Source: Bacteroidota bacterium
GTDB taxonomy: Bacteria > Bacteroidota > Bacteroidia > Chitinophagales > Saprospiraceae
Assembly (NCBI GenBank): GCA_029572935.1
Contig: JAKQHM010000010.1
Coordinates: 10,218-74,217 of the forward strand
DNA: 64,000 bases
Direction: 5' to 3'
The translations under genes were made by a program, and so were the position numbers. How positions within the stretch are numbered: the first letter of the stretch is position 1; every line of letters begins with the position of its first letter. Below are positions 48,454-58,543 of this stretch, piece after piece. The notes beneath the pieces were generated by a model that had not been told where the DNA came from, did not search any database, and worked only from the letters and a program-made list of their open reading frames with translations.

Positions 48454-49374
48454 TCAGCTCCATTGACCCAATACCGATCGGGCGATGCGTTCCTTGGATT
48501 CATGAGTCCAACCTGCAATATGGGGGCTGAGCACCAGATTTTCCATTTTGTGCAGGCGATTGTAGATATCCTGCTCCTGAGGGGTATAACTATTGGGCCG
48601 TTCATTTTCAAAAACATCGAGACAGGCTCCCAAAATTTTACCGGTCTGAAGGGCATCCAGCAAGGCTAGGGTGTCCACCACCGGCCCCCTGGAAGTATTG
48701 ACCAGATAGAAAGGGGCTTCCATTTTTTCAATAAATTCCTTGTCAACCATATGCCGGGTCTCTTTTGTAAGGTTGACATGCAGACTGATGAGCCGGCAGT
48801 TGGATAATTGTCCGGGTCGATCGGCCTGAATAAAACGATCAGACTGTTTTTCCAACGCAACATAAGGATCGTAGGCGACAACGGTCGCACCAAATGCCAG
48901 AAGCAGATCTACGAGTTTTTTTCCTACATGCCCCAAGCCCAACACCCCAATCCGCATGGATCCCAATTCCGAACCCCGGTTCTCTTCCCTTTTCCAAATA
49001 TCCTTTCTCACCTGTGAGTCTGCTCTCGAAATATTTCGAAGCAGATTGAGGGCCATTCCAACCGTATGCTCAGCCACAGCTGTACTGTTGGCTTCCGGGG
49101 TGCTGATCACTTTTATTCCTTTGGAATGGAGATAAGGCACATCGATGGTGTCCATGCCTGAGCCCAGCCTGGCCACTATTCTAAGTCGCATTGCCTTATC
49201 TGCCAAAGACTTATCAATTCGTATCTTGGTATTTACGACCAGGCCTTCGTAGTCTTGCACACATTCATGTACCTCAGCCAAACTTATCTCCGGCAACCAG
49301 ACAACCTGGTGGCCCATAGATATAAATCCCTCCGGAAGACAGGGGTGTACGTCATCCGTGATGAGAATTTTCAT
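48454..49374 (-). CDS. D-isomer-specific 2-hydroxyacid dehydrogenase family protein (phosphoglycerate dehydrogenase-like)
   Basis: 306 aa. The NAD-binding motif is GVLGLGHVGKKLV, and the catalytic-region strings are NTSRG and SPHIAGWT. Confidence 0.85.
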   Translation of the reverse strand: MKILITDDVHPCLPEGFISMGHQVVWLPEISLAEVHECVQDYEGLVVNTKIRIDKSLADKAMRLRIVARLGSGMDTIDVPYLHSKGIKVISTPEANSTAVAEHTVGMALNLLRNISRADSQVRKDIWKREENRGSELGSMRIGVLGLGHVGKKLVDLLLAFGATVVAYDPYVALEKQSDRFIQADRPGQLSNCRLISLHVNLTKETRHMVDKEFIEKMEAPFYLVNTSRGPVVDTLALLDALQTGKILGACLDVFENERPNSYTPQEQDIYNRLHKMENLVLSPHIAGWTHESKERIARSVLGQWS

Positions 49375-49427
49375 ATTTTTTATCAGGAAATACCTTCCGG
49401 ATACCGGAAAGGCCTAAGACCAACAGA

Positions 49428-49718
49428 TTACTGTTCTGCTCCGCCGGTAGGGGGAACTATATCTGCAGGTGCAGGGATATCAGAAGCGGAACCGCTCAGA
49501 ATAGCAGCAAAAATGCACAATATGAAAAGTGCTGCTGCCAGATACCAGGTCAGCTTTTCGATAAAGTCGGCTGAGCGGGCAGCTCCAAACATCTGGTTTG
49601 CGCTCTGACCTCCGAAGGTGGAGTCAACTCCTCCTCCTTTTGGGTTTTGAATGAGTACAACTCCGATTAACAGGAGACAATCAAGGGCTATCAGTATGGT
49701 GACCAGCGTGACGAGCAT
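49428..49718 (-). CDS. secG: Preprotein translocase subunit SecG
   Basis: 96 aa with two TM helices and the motif VLIQNPKGGG. Confidence 0.85.
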   Translation of the reverse strand: MLVTLVTILIALDCLLLIGVVLIQNPKGGGVDSTFGGQSANQMFGAARSADFIEKLTWYLAAALFILCIFAAILSGSASDIPAPADIVPPTGGAEQ

Positions 49719-49721
49719 GGA

Positions 49722-50555
49722 CTATGAATTTAATTTTTCAATAAGGGCTGCAAAGCTAAGCCTTTTTTCAGGATATTTCTCCATCAATTTTTCATACATA
49801 TGGATCGCCTTTTCGCGGTGACCCTGGGCAGCAAGCAAAGCGGCGAGTGTTTCTGAGGCAATTTCTTCTTTAAGTTCCTGGCTTTTGCGTGCCTTTTCAG
49901 CAAATGAACCCTTCATTTCATTGGGCGCAGAACCGGTGAGGCCTGATTTGCCCTTTCGGGAGGTTCCCGGCTTCCCGGATGGCAGGGATTCCAGCCAATG
50001 GTAAAAATCTACTTTTTCTTCGGCTGATTCGGGAGCCTTTGAGACCGCTTTCTTTTTCTGAGCTTCCCTGTTCCGGACAGGCTTTGCCTTTTGTGGAGGT
50101 ACTTCCTGAATAGCCAGACTTTGAATTGCAGGGGCCTGAGGCTTTTCTTCAGGTATTTCGGGAACTTTGGATTCCGTTTCAGGAATTATTTCTTCCTCAT
50201 GGGCATTTCCAAGATCCTGACTTAAGAGGGTCGTTGCCTTCTGAGGAAATACGTCTCCTGTTTCCTCAACTATATGATGTACTGGTTCTTCAGCCTGCTG
50301 GTCGCTTTCCATTTGAAGGTTTTGGGCATGTCCTGTGAGACTTTGCTCGACAAAACCCTGATCAGGCTTAAGGATGTGAGCCTCTCTATTCCAGTCCTGG
50401 GAAAGCAGATAAGCGGCTCTCTGGCCTGTCAATCCATTTGCATTCCAGTCCGCACCTGGGACTTCCAGCAGATAGGGTGCTGCAAGCGGATAGGCTGCGC
50501 GGATCAGATCTGCATCTTCCAGAATGTGTCCTTCAGTTTTTGATTCTTGATTCAT
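49722..50555 (-). CDS. Hypothetical acidic/Pro-rich protein with a TPR-like C-terminal helix pair
   Basis: Start at the internal ATG 50555 (MNQESKTEGHILED), 10 nt after the upstream stop. The C-terminus is LLAAQGHREKAIHMYEKLMEKYPEKR. The middle of the protein is low-complexity. Confidence 0.5.
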   Translation of the reverse strand: MNQESKTEGHILEDADLIRAAYPLAAPYLLEVPGADWNANGLTGQRAAYLLSQDWNREAHILKPDQGFVEQSLTGHAQNLQMESDQQAEEPVHHIVEETGDVFPQKATTLLSQDLGNAHEEEIIPETESKVPEIPEEKPQAPAIQSLAIQEVPPQKAKPVRNREAQKKKAVSKAPESAEEKVDFYHWLESLPSGKPGTSRKGKSGLTGSAPNEMKGSFAEKARKSQELKEEIASETLAALLAAQGHREKAIHMYEKLMEKYPEKRLSFAALIEKLNS

Positions 50556-50565
50556 GGCGGGATGA

Positions 50566-51051
50566 TTACCAGTTTGAAAAAGCCTTGTTGAAAATATCCT
50601 CGAGCAGAAGTTTGTTGACACTGGTCAATAGCCGGGTTTGCTCTGAGCTGAAGTCGAGCGATGCGTCAAAATCCTCGAATCTGGAAAAACTGGCCTCAAA
50701 GTTCTGTTTTTCATTTTTCTTATTGGTCATTTTGACTTTGACCGCGACCGTCAGGCGGTTTACGGCGGCAAAAGATCCCGCCACTGGAGCCTGGGGTGTG
50801 ATGTTGAACTGGGTGATCTGCACATCGAATATCAGATCGGGATCGGTCGGTCTCAGCAACAAACGGGATTCTCTTCGGATCTTGTTGGACAAGGCCTCCT
50901 GAAAATCATTGGAATAGCCTGCCGGTGCGCTGGAGGAAAGGTCCGTGACAGGGGAAACATTGAAAAAATTGATATCCGGGTCAATACTCGTACCCCGGAA
51001 GGAATAGCATCCGGAAAATACCAAAATAAAGACAATCCACACGCCTTTCAT
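50566..51051 (-). CDS. LptE-family lipoprotein (LPS assembly)
   Basis: 161 aa. The lipoprotein signal is ..LVFSGCYSFRG. NRLTVAVKVKMTN...FSRFEDF matches my recollection of the Bacteroidota LptE-like family. The start overlaps the upstream stop (ATGA). Confidence 0.6.
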   Translation of the reverse strand: MKGVWIVFILVFSGCYSFRGTSIDPDINFFNVSPVTDLSSSAPAGYSNDFQEALSNKIRRESRLLLRPTDPDLIFDVQITQFNITPQAPVAGSFAAVNRLTVAVKVKMTNKKNEKQNFEASFSRFEDFDASLDFSSEQTRLLTSVNKLLLEDIFNKAFSNW

Positions 51052-52316
51052 ATGTCGATGTTGAATTGTTTGATCTTGCGGTACAGGGTTCTCTCTGAAA
51101 TGCCGAGCTCTTCTGCCGCATCTTTTCTCTTTCCGTTGAATTTCTTTAATGCCTTCAGGATCATATCCTTTTCCATATCGTGCAAAGAAAGATGCTCTTC
51201 AAGTACCTCCACTGCATCAAAATCGTCTTTTGGTCCGGTATAAAGAATAGGTTGGTCGGAGCCTGAGATTTCATTAGCCGGCCTTGGTCTTACAGGGCTG
51301 ACTGGCTGACTGGCAAATGTGTGGGAGGGCAATAGTTCAAGCTCGGAATCGAGGATCTGGGGCATCGTCAGGTCATTGGTCTGGACCAGCTGTACAAACA
51401 TATTCTTGAGCTGATTAAGATCCTGTTTCATATCAAAGAGAAGCTTATAAAGGATTTCTCGTTCGTAAAATCCGGATCCCTCTGCACCTCCATCGCCTGT
51501 GATGGTGGGCAGATTGGTATGGTGGATGTCGGGAATAATGCGGATCAGATCCTGAGGTGTAATCAGCTTCCTATCCGATAATACAGACAATTGTTCCACG
51601 GCATTGCGCAATTCCCTGATGTTGCCGGGCCATGCATACTGACTGATCATGGCAGAAGCAGCTTCATCCAGTTCGATCGGGCTGGTCCGGTATTTTTCAG
51701 CGAAATCCTGGGCAAATTTCCGGAAGAGGATCAGGATGTCCTCTCTTCTTTCCTTGAGGGAGGGAATCCGGATGGGCACGGTATTGAGCCTGTAGTACAG
51801 GTCTTCCCTGAATTTCCCTTTTCTTACCCGGTCCAGGAGGTTGACATTGGTGGCTGCGATGACCCGCACATTGGTTTTCAGGACCTTGGAAGAACCCACA
51901 CGGATGAATTCTCCTGATTCCAACACCCTGAGCAAAAACGCCTGGGTATCCTGGGGCATTTCACCAATCTCATCGAGAAAAATGGTGCCGCCATCCGCTG
52001 TTTCAAAGTATCCCTTGCGATCAGAGGTAGCTCCTGTAAAGGAACCTTTTTCGTGACCGAATAATTCAGAATTGATGGTACCGGCCGGAATTGCTCCGCA
52101 GTTTACGGCAATGAACTGATTGTGTTTTCTGGGACTCAGGTTGTGTATGACCTTTGAAAAAACCTCCTTTCCGGATCCGCTTTCTCCTGAGATCAGCACG
52201 GTTAATTCCGTACTGGCCACCCGTATGGCTACCTCAAGTGCCTGGTTGAGCTTTTCGGATCGCCCGTAGATGCCGAATCGCTGTTTGATACTTTGCACAT
52301 TTTCCATGTTCGGCAA
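51048..52316 (-). CDS. Sigma-54-dependent transcriptional activator (bEBP) lacking an N-terminal sensory domain
   Basis: 422 aa. The AAA+ core starts about 20 aa from the N-terminus. Walker A is GESGSGKE, the GAFTGA variant is GSFTGA and Walker B is IFLDEIGEM. The C-terminal Fis-type HTH is AAEELGISERTLYRKIKQF. Confidence 0.9.
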   Translation of the reverse strand: MPNMENVQSIKQRFGIYGRSEKLNQALEVAIRVASTELTVLISGESGSGKEVFSKVIHNLSPRKHNQFIAVNCGAIPAGTINSELFGHEKGSFTGATSDRKGYFETADGGTIFLDEIGEMPQDTQAFLLRVLESGEFIRVGSSKVLKTNVRVIAATNVNLLDRVRKGKFREDLYYRLNTVPIRIPSLKERREDILILFRKFAQDFAEKYRTSPIELDEAASAMISQYAWPGNIRELRNAVEQLSVLSDRKLITPQDLIRIIPDIHHTNLPTITGDGGAEGSGFYEREILYKLLFDMKQDLNQLKNMFVQLVQTNDLTMPQILDSELELLPSHTFASQPVSPVRPRPANEISGSDQPILYTGPKDDFDAVEVLEEHLSLHDMEKDMILKALKKFNGKRKDAAEELGISERTLYRKIKQFNIDI

Positions 52317-53747
52317 TCAGCTTTTGTTAACCAGATATCCTGAAAGCGTAGCACTGGAGGCGGATTCAATCCTGACCAATACATAATCTCCGGGTTTCAG
52401 ACCATCTGCTTTTGGAAAAACCACCATTTTGTTTTGTGAGTTCCGCCCCTTAAACATTTCTGTAGAACGTCTGGAGTCTCCTTCAATCAATATTTCATAA
52501 GTTTTGCCTATGTCCCTGAGGTTATGTCGGTAGCTGATCTGATTTTGGAGGCGGATGATCTCATTGAGTCTTGATTTTTTTACCTCCTCAGTAACGTCGT
52601 CCTTTAACTTGCGGGCTGCAGGAGTGCCCGGACGTTCGGAATAAAAAAACATATAGGACATGCTGTAATCCGCATATTCCATCATGGACAGGGTGTCCTG
52701 GTGGTCTTCTTCGGTCTCTGTGCAAAAACCGGCAATGATGTCGGAGGATACCGCACAATCGGGGATAATCCTTCTGATTGCTTCTATTCTGTCCATGTAC
52801 CAGCTCCGGTCGTAGGTCCGGTTCATCAGCGCCAGGATGCGGCTGCTTCCGGATTGCACCGGCAGGTGTATGTACTTGCAGATATTGTGTCTTGAAGCCA
52901 TGGTTTCGAGCACCTCATCCGTGATGTCTTTGGGATGGGAGGTAGAAAACCTCACCCTGAGCAAGGGATTGACAGCGGCAACCCAGTCCAGCAGTCTGGC
53001 AAAATTGACCCATTCTCCAGTCTCGGGGTTTTGCCACTTGTAGGAATCCACATTTTGGCCCAGGAGGGTCACCTCCCTGAAGCCCCTGGCAAAAAGGTCT
53101 GTGGCTTCGGCTACTATACTATAGGCATTGCGACTGCGTTCGCGTCCGCGGGTATAAGGCACGACGCAGAAGGAACACATGTTGTCACAACCCCGCATAA
53201 TGGAAATAAAGGCTGTGACTCCGTTTGAATCCAGCCTGAGGGGTGCGATGTCGCCGTAAGTCTCTTCGCGGGAAAGAAAAACGTTGACTCCTTTTTCCCC
53301 CTCATCGGCCCGAGTGATCAACCTCGGCAAGTCCCTGTATGCATCAGGACCCACCACAATGTCCACGAGTTTCTCCTCTTCCAGAAATTTATTCTTAAGC
53401 CTTTCGGCCATACAACCCAAAACCCCAACGATCAGGTCTTTCTTCTGTCCTTTGTAGCGCGAAATTTCCTTCAGGCGCTTGCGGACCGTTTCCTCAGCCT
53501 TTTCCCGGATAGAGCAGGTGTTGAGAAAAATCAGGTCTGCAGCCTCAATGTCCCGGGTAGAAGCCATACCTTCTTCAGCCAGCACGGATGCCACGATCTC
53601 TGAATCACTGAAATTCATCTGACAGCCGTAACTTTCAATGTAAAAAAACCGGCCCACCGAGCGTGCAGGCGGATGCAGGGTCAGGACTTCGCCCTGTCTG
53701 CTTTCTTCTAAAAGTTTATGTCTGTCTTCCAGGCTGTTATGATCCAT
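52317..53747 (-). CDS. miaB: tRNA-2-methylthio-N6-dimethylallyladenosine synthase
   Basis: Start at the internal ATG 53747 ([13 protein letters not shown]). It has [15 protein letters not shown], the radical-SAM motif [11 protein letters not shown] and a C-terminal TRAM domain. Confidence 0.93.
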   Translation of the reverse strand: MDHNSLEDRHKLLEESRQGEVLTLHPPARSVGRFFYIESYGCQMNFSDSEIVASVLAEEGMASTRDIEAADLIFLNTCSIREKAEETVRKRLKEISRYKGQKKDLIVGVLGCMAERLKNKFLEEEKLVDIVVGPDAYRDLPRLITRADEGEKGVNVFLSREETYGDIAPLRLDSNGVTAFISIMRGCDNMCSFCVVPYTRGRERSRNAYSIVAEATDLFARGFREVTLLGQNVDSYKWQNPETGEWVNFARLLDWVAAVNPLLRVRFSTSHPKDITDEVLETMASRHNICKYIHLPVQSGSSRILALMNRTYDRSWYMDRIEAIRRIIPDCAVSSDIIAGFCTETEEDHQDTLSMMEYADYSMSYMFFYSERPGTPAARKLKDDVTEEVKKSRLNEIIRLQNQISYRHNLRDIGKTYEILIEGDSRRSTEMFKGRNSQNKMVVFPKADGLKPGDYVLVRIESASSATLSGYLVNKS

Positions 53748-53775
53748 TTTGAGACTGTTTTCAAAAAAAGGACTG

Positions 53776-53783
53776 CAAAGATA
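53776..53783 (-). promoter_or_regulatory. -7 promoter box (TATCTTTG on the minus strand) upstream of miaB
   Basis: The plus strand reads CAAAGATA, 28 nt upstream of the ATG at 53747. Confidence 0.45.
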
Positions 53784-54035
53784 CAAAACGACTTACGAAG
53801 TGACAAATTGTCAGCCTCCCGCTGAATCAGAAATCCCGGATCCTTTTCCCGATATCTGCGAACCGGATTCTATCTAAAATAATCAACAGGATTGCGACGG
53901 CACTCGTAAATATTTATGATTTTTGTCTCACAACTCGCCGGCAAGTGGATTTGCAGAGTATTTTTGCCTTCAGGCGGGGGCCAAACCGAATTTTCCGGAT
54001 TGTGCCAGCTGTTTTTTTAACCAACCTAACTCCAT

Positions 54036-55229
54036 ATGCCAGAACCTGGTGAGCCGAAGCTGGATTTCAACAACACAGAAATCGCTTTTTCCTATAAATC
54101 CAACCGCGAATTAAGGAAAACCTATCTTCTCTTTAAATTTATGAACAACCCTAACCTGGTGAAGCTGGGAAGCGTCCTGGGCAACATCGCTGCCAAGATT
54201 CCGCTGGGCCTGGGCGACTCTTTCATCAAACTGACCATTTTCGACCAATTTTGCGGAGGCACCAGCCTTTTTGAATGCCAAAAGGTCATCGACAAGCTTA
54301 CCTACCGCAATACACTGACCATCCTGGATTTTGGAGTGGAGGCCAAGGAACGCGACGAGGATTTTGAGCGCACGCTGAACGAAAACATAAAAGCTATTGA
54401 GTTTGCTTTTTCCAACCCCAACGTGCCGGTGATCAGTACGAAGATTACAGGATATGTGCCGATCGGGGTACTGGAGAAAAAACAGGCCGGGCAGCCCCTG
54501 AGTGAATACGAACAAGTGCAGCTGCGCAGGCTGGAGGAGAGACTGGAGACCCTGGCCAAAAAGGCCTATGACATGGGAGTTTCCATATTCATCGACGCAG
54601 AGGAGAGTTGGATCCAGAAACCCATCGACGATCTGGCCCTGAAGCTCATGGCTGAATTCAATAAAGAAAAACCCATCATCTACAATACCTATCAACTGTA
54701 TCGCACCGGACAGCTCGATTTTCTGAAAGAATGCGCTGAAAAGGCCATGTCGGAAGGTTATTTGCTAGGTGTAAAAACTGTCCGCGGAGCCTATATGGAA
54801 AAGGAACGCCGCCGCGCTCAGGAAATGAATTATCCCGATCCCATCCAGAAGACCAAAGAGGATACAGACAGGGATTACGATGCAGCCGTTCGTTTTTGCG
54901 TGGAAAACTACCACCGCATCAGCCTCTGCAATTCCAGCCACAACTGGGCCAGCAATGCCCTTCAGGCCAGACTGATGGATGAAGCCCAGATCCCGCACGA
55001 TCATCCACACCTGAATTTCTGCCAGCTCTTTGGAATGAGCGACAACCTCACCTTCAATCTGGCCGCTGACGGATACAATGTAGCCAAATACCTTCCTTAT
55101 GGACCGATCCGGGAAGTAGTACCCTATCTCACCCGAAGGGCTCAGGAAAATACCAGCGTAACAGGCGATATGAGCCGCGAACTCAGCCTGCTGACCAGGG
55201 AGATGAAGCGGCGGGGATTGTTGAAATGA
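54036..55229 (+). CDS. Proline dehydrogenase family protein
   Basis: 397 aa with FIDAEESWIQ, YNTYQLYR, VRGAYMEKER, QLFGMSDN and YLPYGPIREVVPYLTRRAQENTS. A TATTTTTG box lies at 53959-53966. Confidence 0.85.
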   Translation: MPEPGEPKLDFNNTEIAFSYKSNRELRKTYLLFKFMNNPNLVKLGSVLGNIAAKIPLGLGDSFIKLTIFDQFCGGTSLFECQKVIDKLTYRNTLTILDFGVEAKERDEDFERTLNENIKAIEFAFSNPNVPVISTKITGYVPIGVLEKKQAGQPLSEYEQVQLRRLEERLETLAKKAYDMGVSIFIDAEESWIQKPIDDLALKLMAEFNKEKPIIYNTYQLYRTGQLDFLKECAEKAMSEGYLLGVKTVRGAYMEKERRRAQEMNYPDPIQKTKEDTDRDYDAAVRFCVENYHRISLCNSSHNWASNALQARLMDEAQIPHDHPHLNFCQLFGMSDNLTFNLAADGYNVAKYLPYGPIREVVPYLTRRAQENTSVTGDMSRELSLLTREMKRRGLLK

Positions 55230-55263
55230 ATCTGCCTGGCAGGATGGAGATCGAAACAATAAA

Positions 55264-55995
55264 ATGATCTCGACACGAGGCATTGTCTTTCGCACCTTGC
55301 GGTACAAGGAGTCGAGTCTGATCATCGACGTTTTTACCGAAAGTCATGGTTTGCTCAGTTGCATCATCAACGGAGTTTTTAAAAAAGGAGATCAACGCCT
55401 GGCTTCTGTATTGGGGACGGGCAACATCATACAAATGGTGATCTACTACAGCGAACACAAGACCTTGCATCGCATCAAGGAGGCTCAGTTTGCATATGTA
55501 TACCGGAATCTGCATCAAAAGCTTCACAAATCAGCTTTATCCCTTTTGATGCTCGAAATAAGCCGCAAATCCATACGGGAACATATGGTCAACCGCGATT
55601 TGTATTCTTTTTTGCAGCGATGTCTGATCTTACTAGACAACCAGGAACCTGTGGACAAAGATTTTCATCTGAAATTTATGCTCAAACTGGCAGGATACCT
55701 GGGCTTCCAGCCAGGCGGGAGATGGTCTGAACATGAAAACGCGTTTGACTTGCTTAATGGCTGTTTTGTAGCACACGATCTCAGGGACCACCATCATGCA
55801 GATCCGGAATCCAGCAAACTTATTTCACAATTGATGACGGGATGGGACGATGAAGGACAGGTTTTGAAGTTCCAATGCAGTCCGGCACAAAGACGGCATT
55901 TGCTCGATCTGCTGACCCGGTATTACGCCATCCACATTGAAAATTTCGGAACGCTGCAATCACCAGCTGTTTATCGCAGTATGTTCTTGCAATAA
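55264..55995 (+). CDS. recO: DNA repair protein RecO
   Basis: 243 aa. The N-terminal OB-fold string is TRGIVFRTLRYKESSLIIDVFTESHGLLS. Confidence 0.8.
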   Translation: MISTRGIVFRTLRYKESSLIIDVFTESHGLLSCIINGVFKKGDQRLASVLGTGNIIQMVIYYSEHKTLHRIKEAQFAYVYRNLHQKLHKSALSLLMLEISRKSIREHMVNRDLYSFLQRCLILLDNQEPVDKDFHLKFMLKLAGYLGFQPGGRWSEHENAFDLLNGCFVAHDLRDHHHADPESSKLISQLMTGWDDEGQVLKFQCSPAQRRHLLDLLTRYYAIHIENFGTLQSPAVYRSMFLQ

Positions 55996-56018
55996 GCAAA
56001 GTGAAATCGGAAAACAAA

Positions 56019-56498
56019 TTATCGGGATTTCCTATCCTGTATCAACCTGTCGATTGCCCTGGCCATGCGGTCATCGATGGACTCCTGCTTTTTGGGCGCA
56101 TAGATCCACTGGATGAGTTTATCTCTTTCGTGCTGGAGCAAAGAATTGAATTGCTCCAGGGCCATGGGCTCCTCGCGTAAACAAAGGAGCAGATCCTCCG
56201 GCATCTCCAACGGCACATCATCAGAATAGAGGAGCACCCGCACACTGTCTCCCTCCTTTTTGCCTATTTTCTTCCGTATTTCTGCGCGTACAGGCAGGAA
56301 AAGACTTCCGTTGCCCATCGGCATCAGATGATAGGCTCTTAGTTCAAATGAATCCACTTTTCCTCTCACCCTTCTCCATCCGAAAGGATTGGAAGGGTCG
56401 GGAGCAATGCCCGGCAATTCTGCAAAGGTCCATCCTCCTTTTCCCGGAAACTTTTGCAGGGTGAGTACCTGATCGATCAGCAGTATATCAGTCGACAT
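56019..56498 (-). CDS. YdeI/OmpD-associated family protein (DUF1905-containing)
   Basis: 159 aa, KFPGKGGWTFAELPG...GWRRVRGKVDSFELRAYHLMPMGNGSLFLPVRAEIRKKIGKKEGDSV. Confidence 0.7.
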   Translation of the reverse strand: MSTDILLIDQVLTLQKFPGKGGWTFAELPGIAPDPSNPFGWRRVRGKVDSFELRAYHLMPMGNGSLFLPVRAEIRKKIGKKEGDSVRVLLYSDDVPLEMPEDLLLCLREEPMALEQFNSLLQHERDKLIQWIYAPKKQESIDDRMARAIDRLIQDRKSR

Positions 56499-56552
56499 GA
56501 CGATTAATAAACGAGAATGAAAAACGCTTGTATTTATTATTCTGAATGGTTT

Positions 56553-57083
56553 TCAAAGTTCGGGTTCTCTGCGATACAGATGGTCCCTCAGTCTTCTGTA
56601 ATATTTCAATCTCGCGTAGTATTTTTTCAAAGCCTCCAGCACGGAATCATCCCTTTGTCCTGAATCAAACCGCTCCAGAAAAGGTCTGGCTGTTTCTTCT
56701 TCTTCCGCGGCAAGTTTCTCGGTCCTTTGTGTCAGCATCGCGATGCCTTGTTCATCCGAAGCGGCCACTGCCTCTTCCACTTCCTCGTTGAGGTCCATCA
56801 TCTCCATCAGAAATTCAGGGCCGGGATGGTATTCCGTATCTACAGAACCTCCCATTAAATCGAGGAGATATTTCAATCTCAGACCATTGTCGAGCAGTGT
56901 CTTGTAGGCCTGGTTGTTGGTGGCGCTCAATTCCTGTACCTTCTCTTCGGACAGACCGGAACCCTCAGCCAGATCAGGATGAAGTTGCCTGCTGCGTTCG
57001 TAGTATCTTTTTCTCAGCAATGCCGTATCCAGAAAATAGGCTGGCTGCAGTCCAAAGTGTTCGAAATAATTTTTTGTTTCCAT
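56553..57083 (-). CDS. J-domain co-chaperone, HscB-like
   Basis: 176 aa. It has NYFEHFGLQPAYFLDTALLRKRYYERSRQLHPD (HPD motif) and a helical C-terminal domain. The start overlaps the rseP stop by 1 nt (TAATG). Confidence 0.6.
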   Translation of the reverse strand: METKNYFEHFGLQPAYFLDTALLRKRYYERSRQLHPDLAEGSGLSEEKVQELSATNNQAYKTLLDNGLRLKYLLDLMGGSVDTEYHPGPEFLMEMMDLNEEVEEAVAASDEQGIAMLTQRTEKLAAEEEETARPFLERFDSGQRDDSVLEALKKYYARLKYYRRLRDHLYRREPEL

Positions 57084-58408
57084 TATTTTCCGAATGCCCT
57101 GAATACATCCAGACCATTGGCATACAGCAAGAGTGCCAGCAGGATGATAAATCCGATCAGGGTGGCCTTTTCCACGATCTTATCCGGTACTTTTTTTCCT
57201 GTGATCACCTCGATCATCAGAAAGACCACGTATCCACCGTCCAGAGCAGGAATGGGCAAAAGATTCATAAAGCCCAGAATGATGGACAATACAGCGGTCA
57301 TCCTCCAGAATGCGGTCCAATCCCAGGTTTTGTCAAACATTTTGGCGATGGAAGCGAATCCTCCCAAAGAATCCTTTGCCTTGATGTTGCCGGATCCCAT
57401 CTGTCTGAATGCCTTGAGTTGCGTGGTAAGCAGGTCGACACCGGCAACTACACCTTTGGGGAGGGACTCAAAAAACCCAAATTTTTCATTCTCAACCTTG
57501 AATTTCGGATAAAGTATACCGATTGTCCCGTGCTTATCGGAAGAGGCATCAACAAATAAAGTATCCGCATTCCTCAAAATGCCCAGCCGGAAAGAGGTCT
57601 CAGCCGCTCTTTTGGTCACTTTAATCATCTCATGTACAAATCCGATGGACTGACCATTTACTTCAAATATTTTATCTCCCACTTTCAGGCCGGCAGATTC
57701 AGCCCCGCTGCCGGGTATTATGCTATCGACCACGGTCGGTGTACGTACGCCCATAAAGGCAAAGTTTTTCATCTCTGGTTTGGCAAGAATGGAACGTTTG
57801 TCCCAGGGTACATCCAGAGTCAGGTTTTGTCCTTCCCTCAGTAACTCTATGGTACTATTCTTTTCAAGGAGCAGGGTCTTGATGATCTTGTTGGGCTCAA
57901 AGCGCTCCGGCTTCAGGTCTCCTACCTGCAGGATCTGGTCCCCGTCCCGGAATCCCATCTCGTAGGCTATACTGTCTACAGCTATGCCATATTTCAACTC
58001 TGACATGGGAATGTAATCCACTCCATTTTTCCAGAACAACATGGAAAATATGAAAAACCCCAGGATAAAGTTGACTGTCACGCCACCCAGCATGATGATC
58101 AGCCTTTGCCAGGCCGGTTTGGAGCGAAATTCCCAAGGTTGGGGTTCACTCTGCAATTGCTTCGTATCAAAACTTTCATCCACCATACCGGATATCTTCA
58201 CATACCCGCCCAGGGGCAGCCAGCCAATGCCATATTCTGTATCTCCGATCTTCTTTTTGATCAGACTGAAATAGGGATCAAAAAAGAGATAGAATTTCTC
58301 TACCCGGGTTTTGAACCAGCGGGCGGGAAAGAAATGGCCGCATTCGTGCAGGACCACCAGGATGGTGAGGCTCAGCACAAACTGGCTGATCATAATGAAA
58401 GTACCCAT
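57083..58408 (-). CDS. rseP: RIP metalloprotease RseP (site-2 protease)
   Basis: 441 aa. The HExxH motif is VVLHECGHF, tandem PDZ-like regions are present, and the C-terminal motif is NLLPIPALDGG. Confidence 0.9.
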   Translation of the reverse strand: MGTFIMISQFVLSLTILVVLHECGHFFPARWFKTRVEKFYLFFDPYFSLIKKKIGDTEYGIGWLPLGGYVKISGMVDESFDTKQLQSEPQPWEFRSKPAWQRLIIMLGGVTVNFILGFFIFSMLFWKNGVDYIPMSELKYGIAVDSIAYEMGFRDGDQILQVGDLKPERFEPNKIIKTLLLEKNSTIELLREGQNLTLDVPWDKRSILAKPEMKNFAFMGVRTPTVVDSIIPGSGAESAGLKVGDKIFEVNGQSIGFVHEMIKVTKRAAETSFRLGILRNADTLFVDASSDKHGTIGILYPKFKVENEKFGFFESLPKGVVAGVDLLTTQLKAFRQMGSGNIKAKDSLGGFASIAKMFDKTWDWTAFWRMTAVLSIILGFMNLLPIPALDGGYVVFLMIEVITGKKVPDKIVEKATLIGFIILLALLLYANGLDVFRAFGK

Positions 58409-58519
58409 ATTATGGATTTAATGGTTTGAGAACGGCAAAAGATCCCGTTTTGTTTGACGGGCGAAGGTAATCCTAAAATAAGAATGCTAGGCTACGGCGG
58501 CTCTTAGTTTCATTCTGAA

Positions 58520-58527
58520 TAACTTTG
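58520..58527 (+). promoter_or_regulatory. -7 promoter box (TAACTTTG) upstream of rsmE
   Basis: It lies 16 nt before the TTG start at 58544. Confidence 0.45.
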
Positions 58528-58543
58528 CCCCAAATTCAGACCC

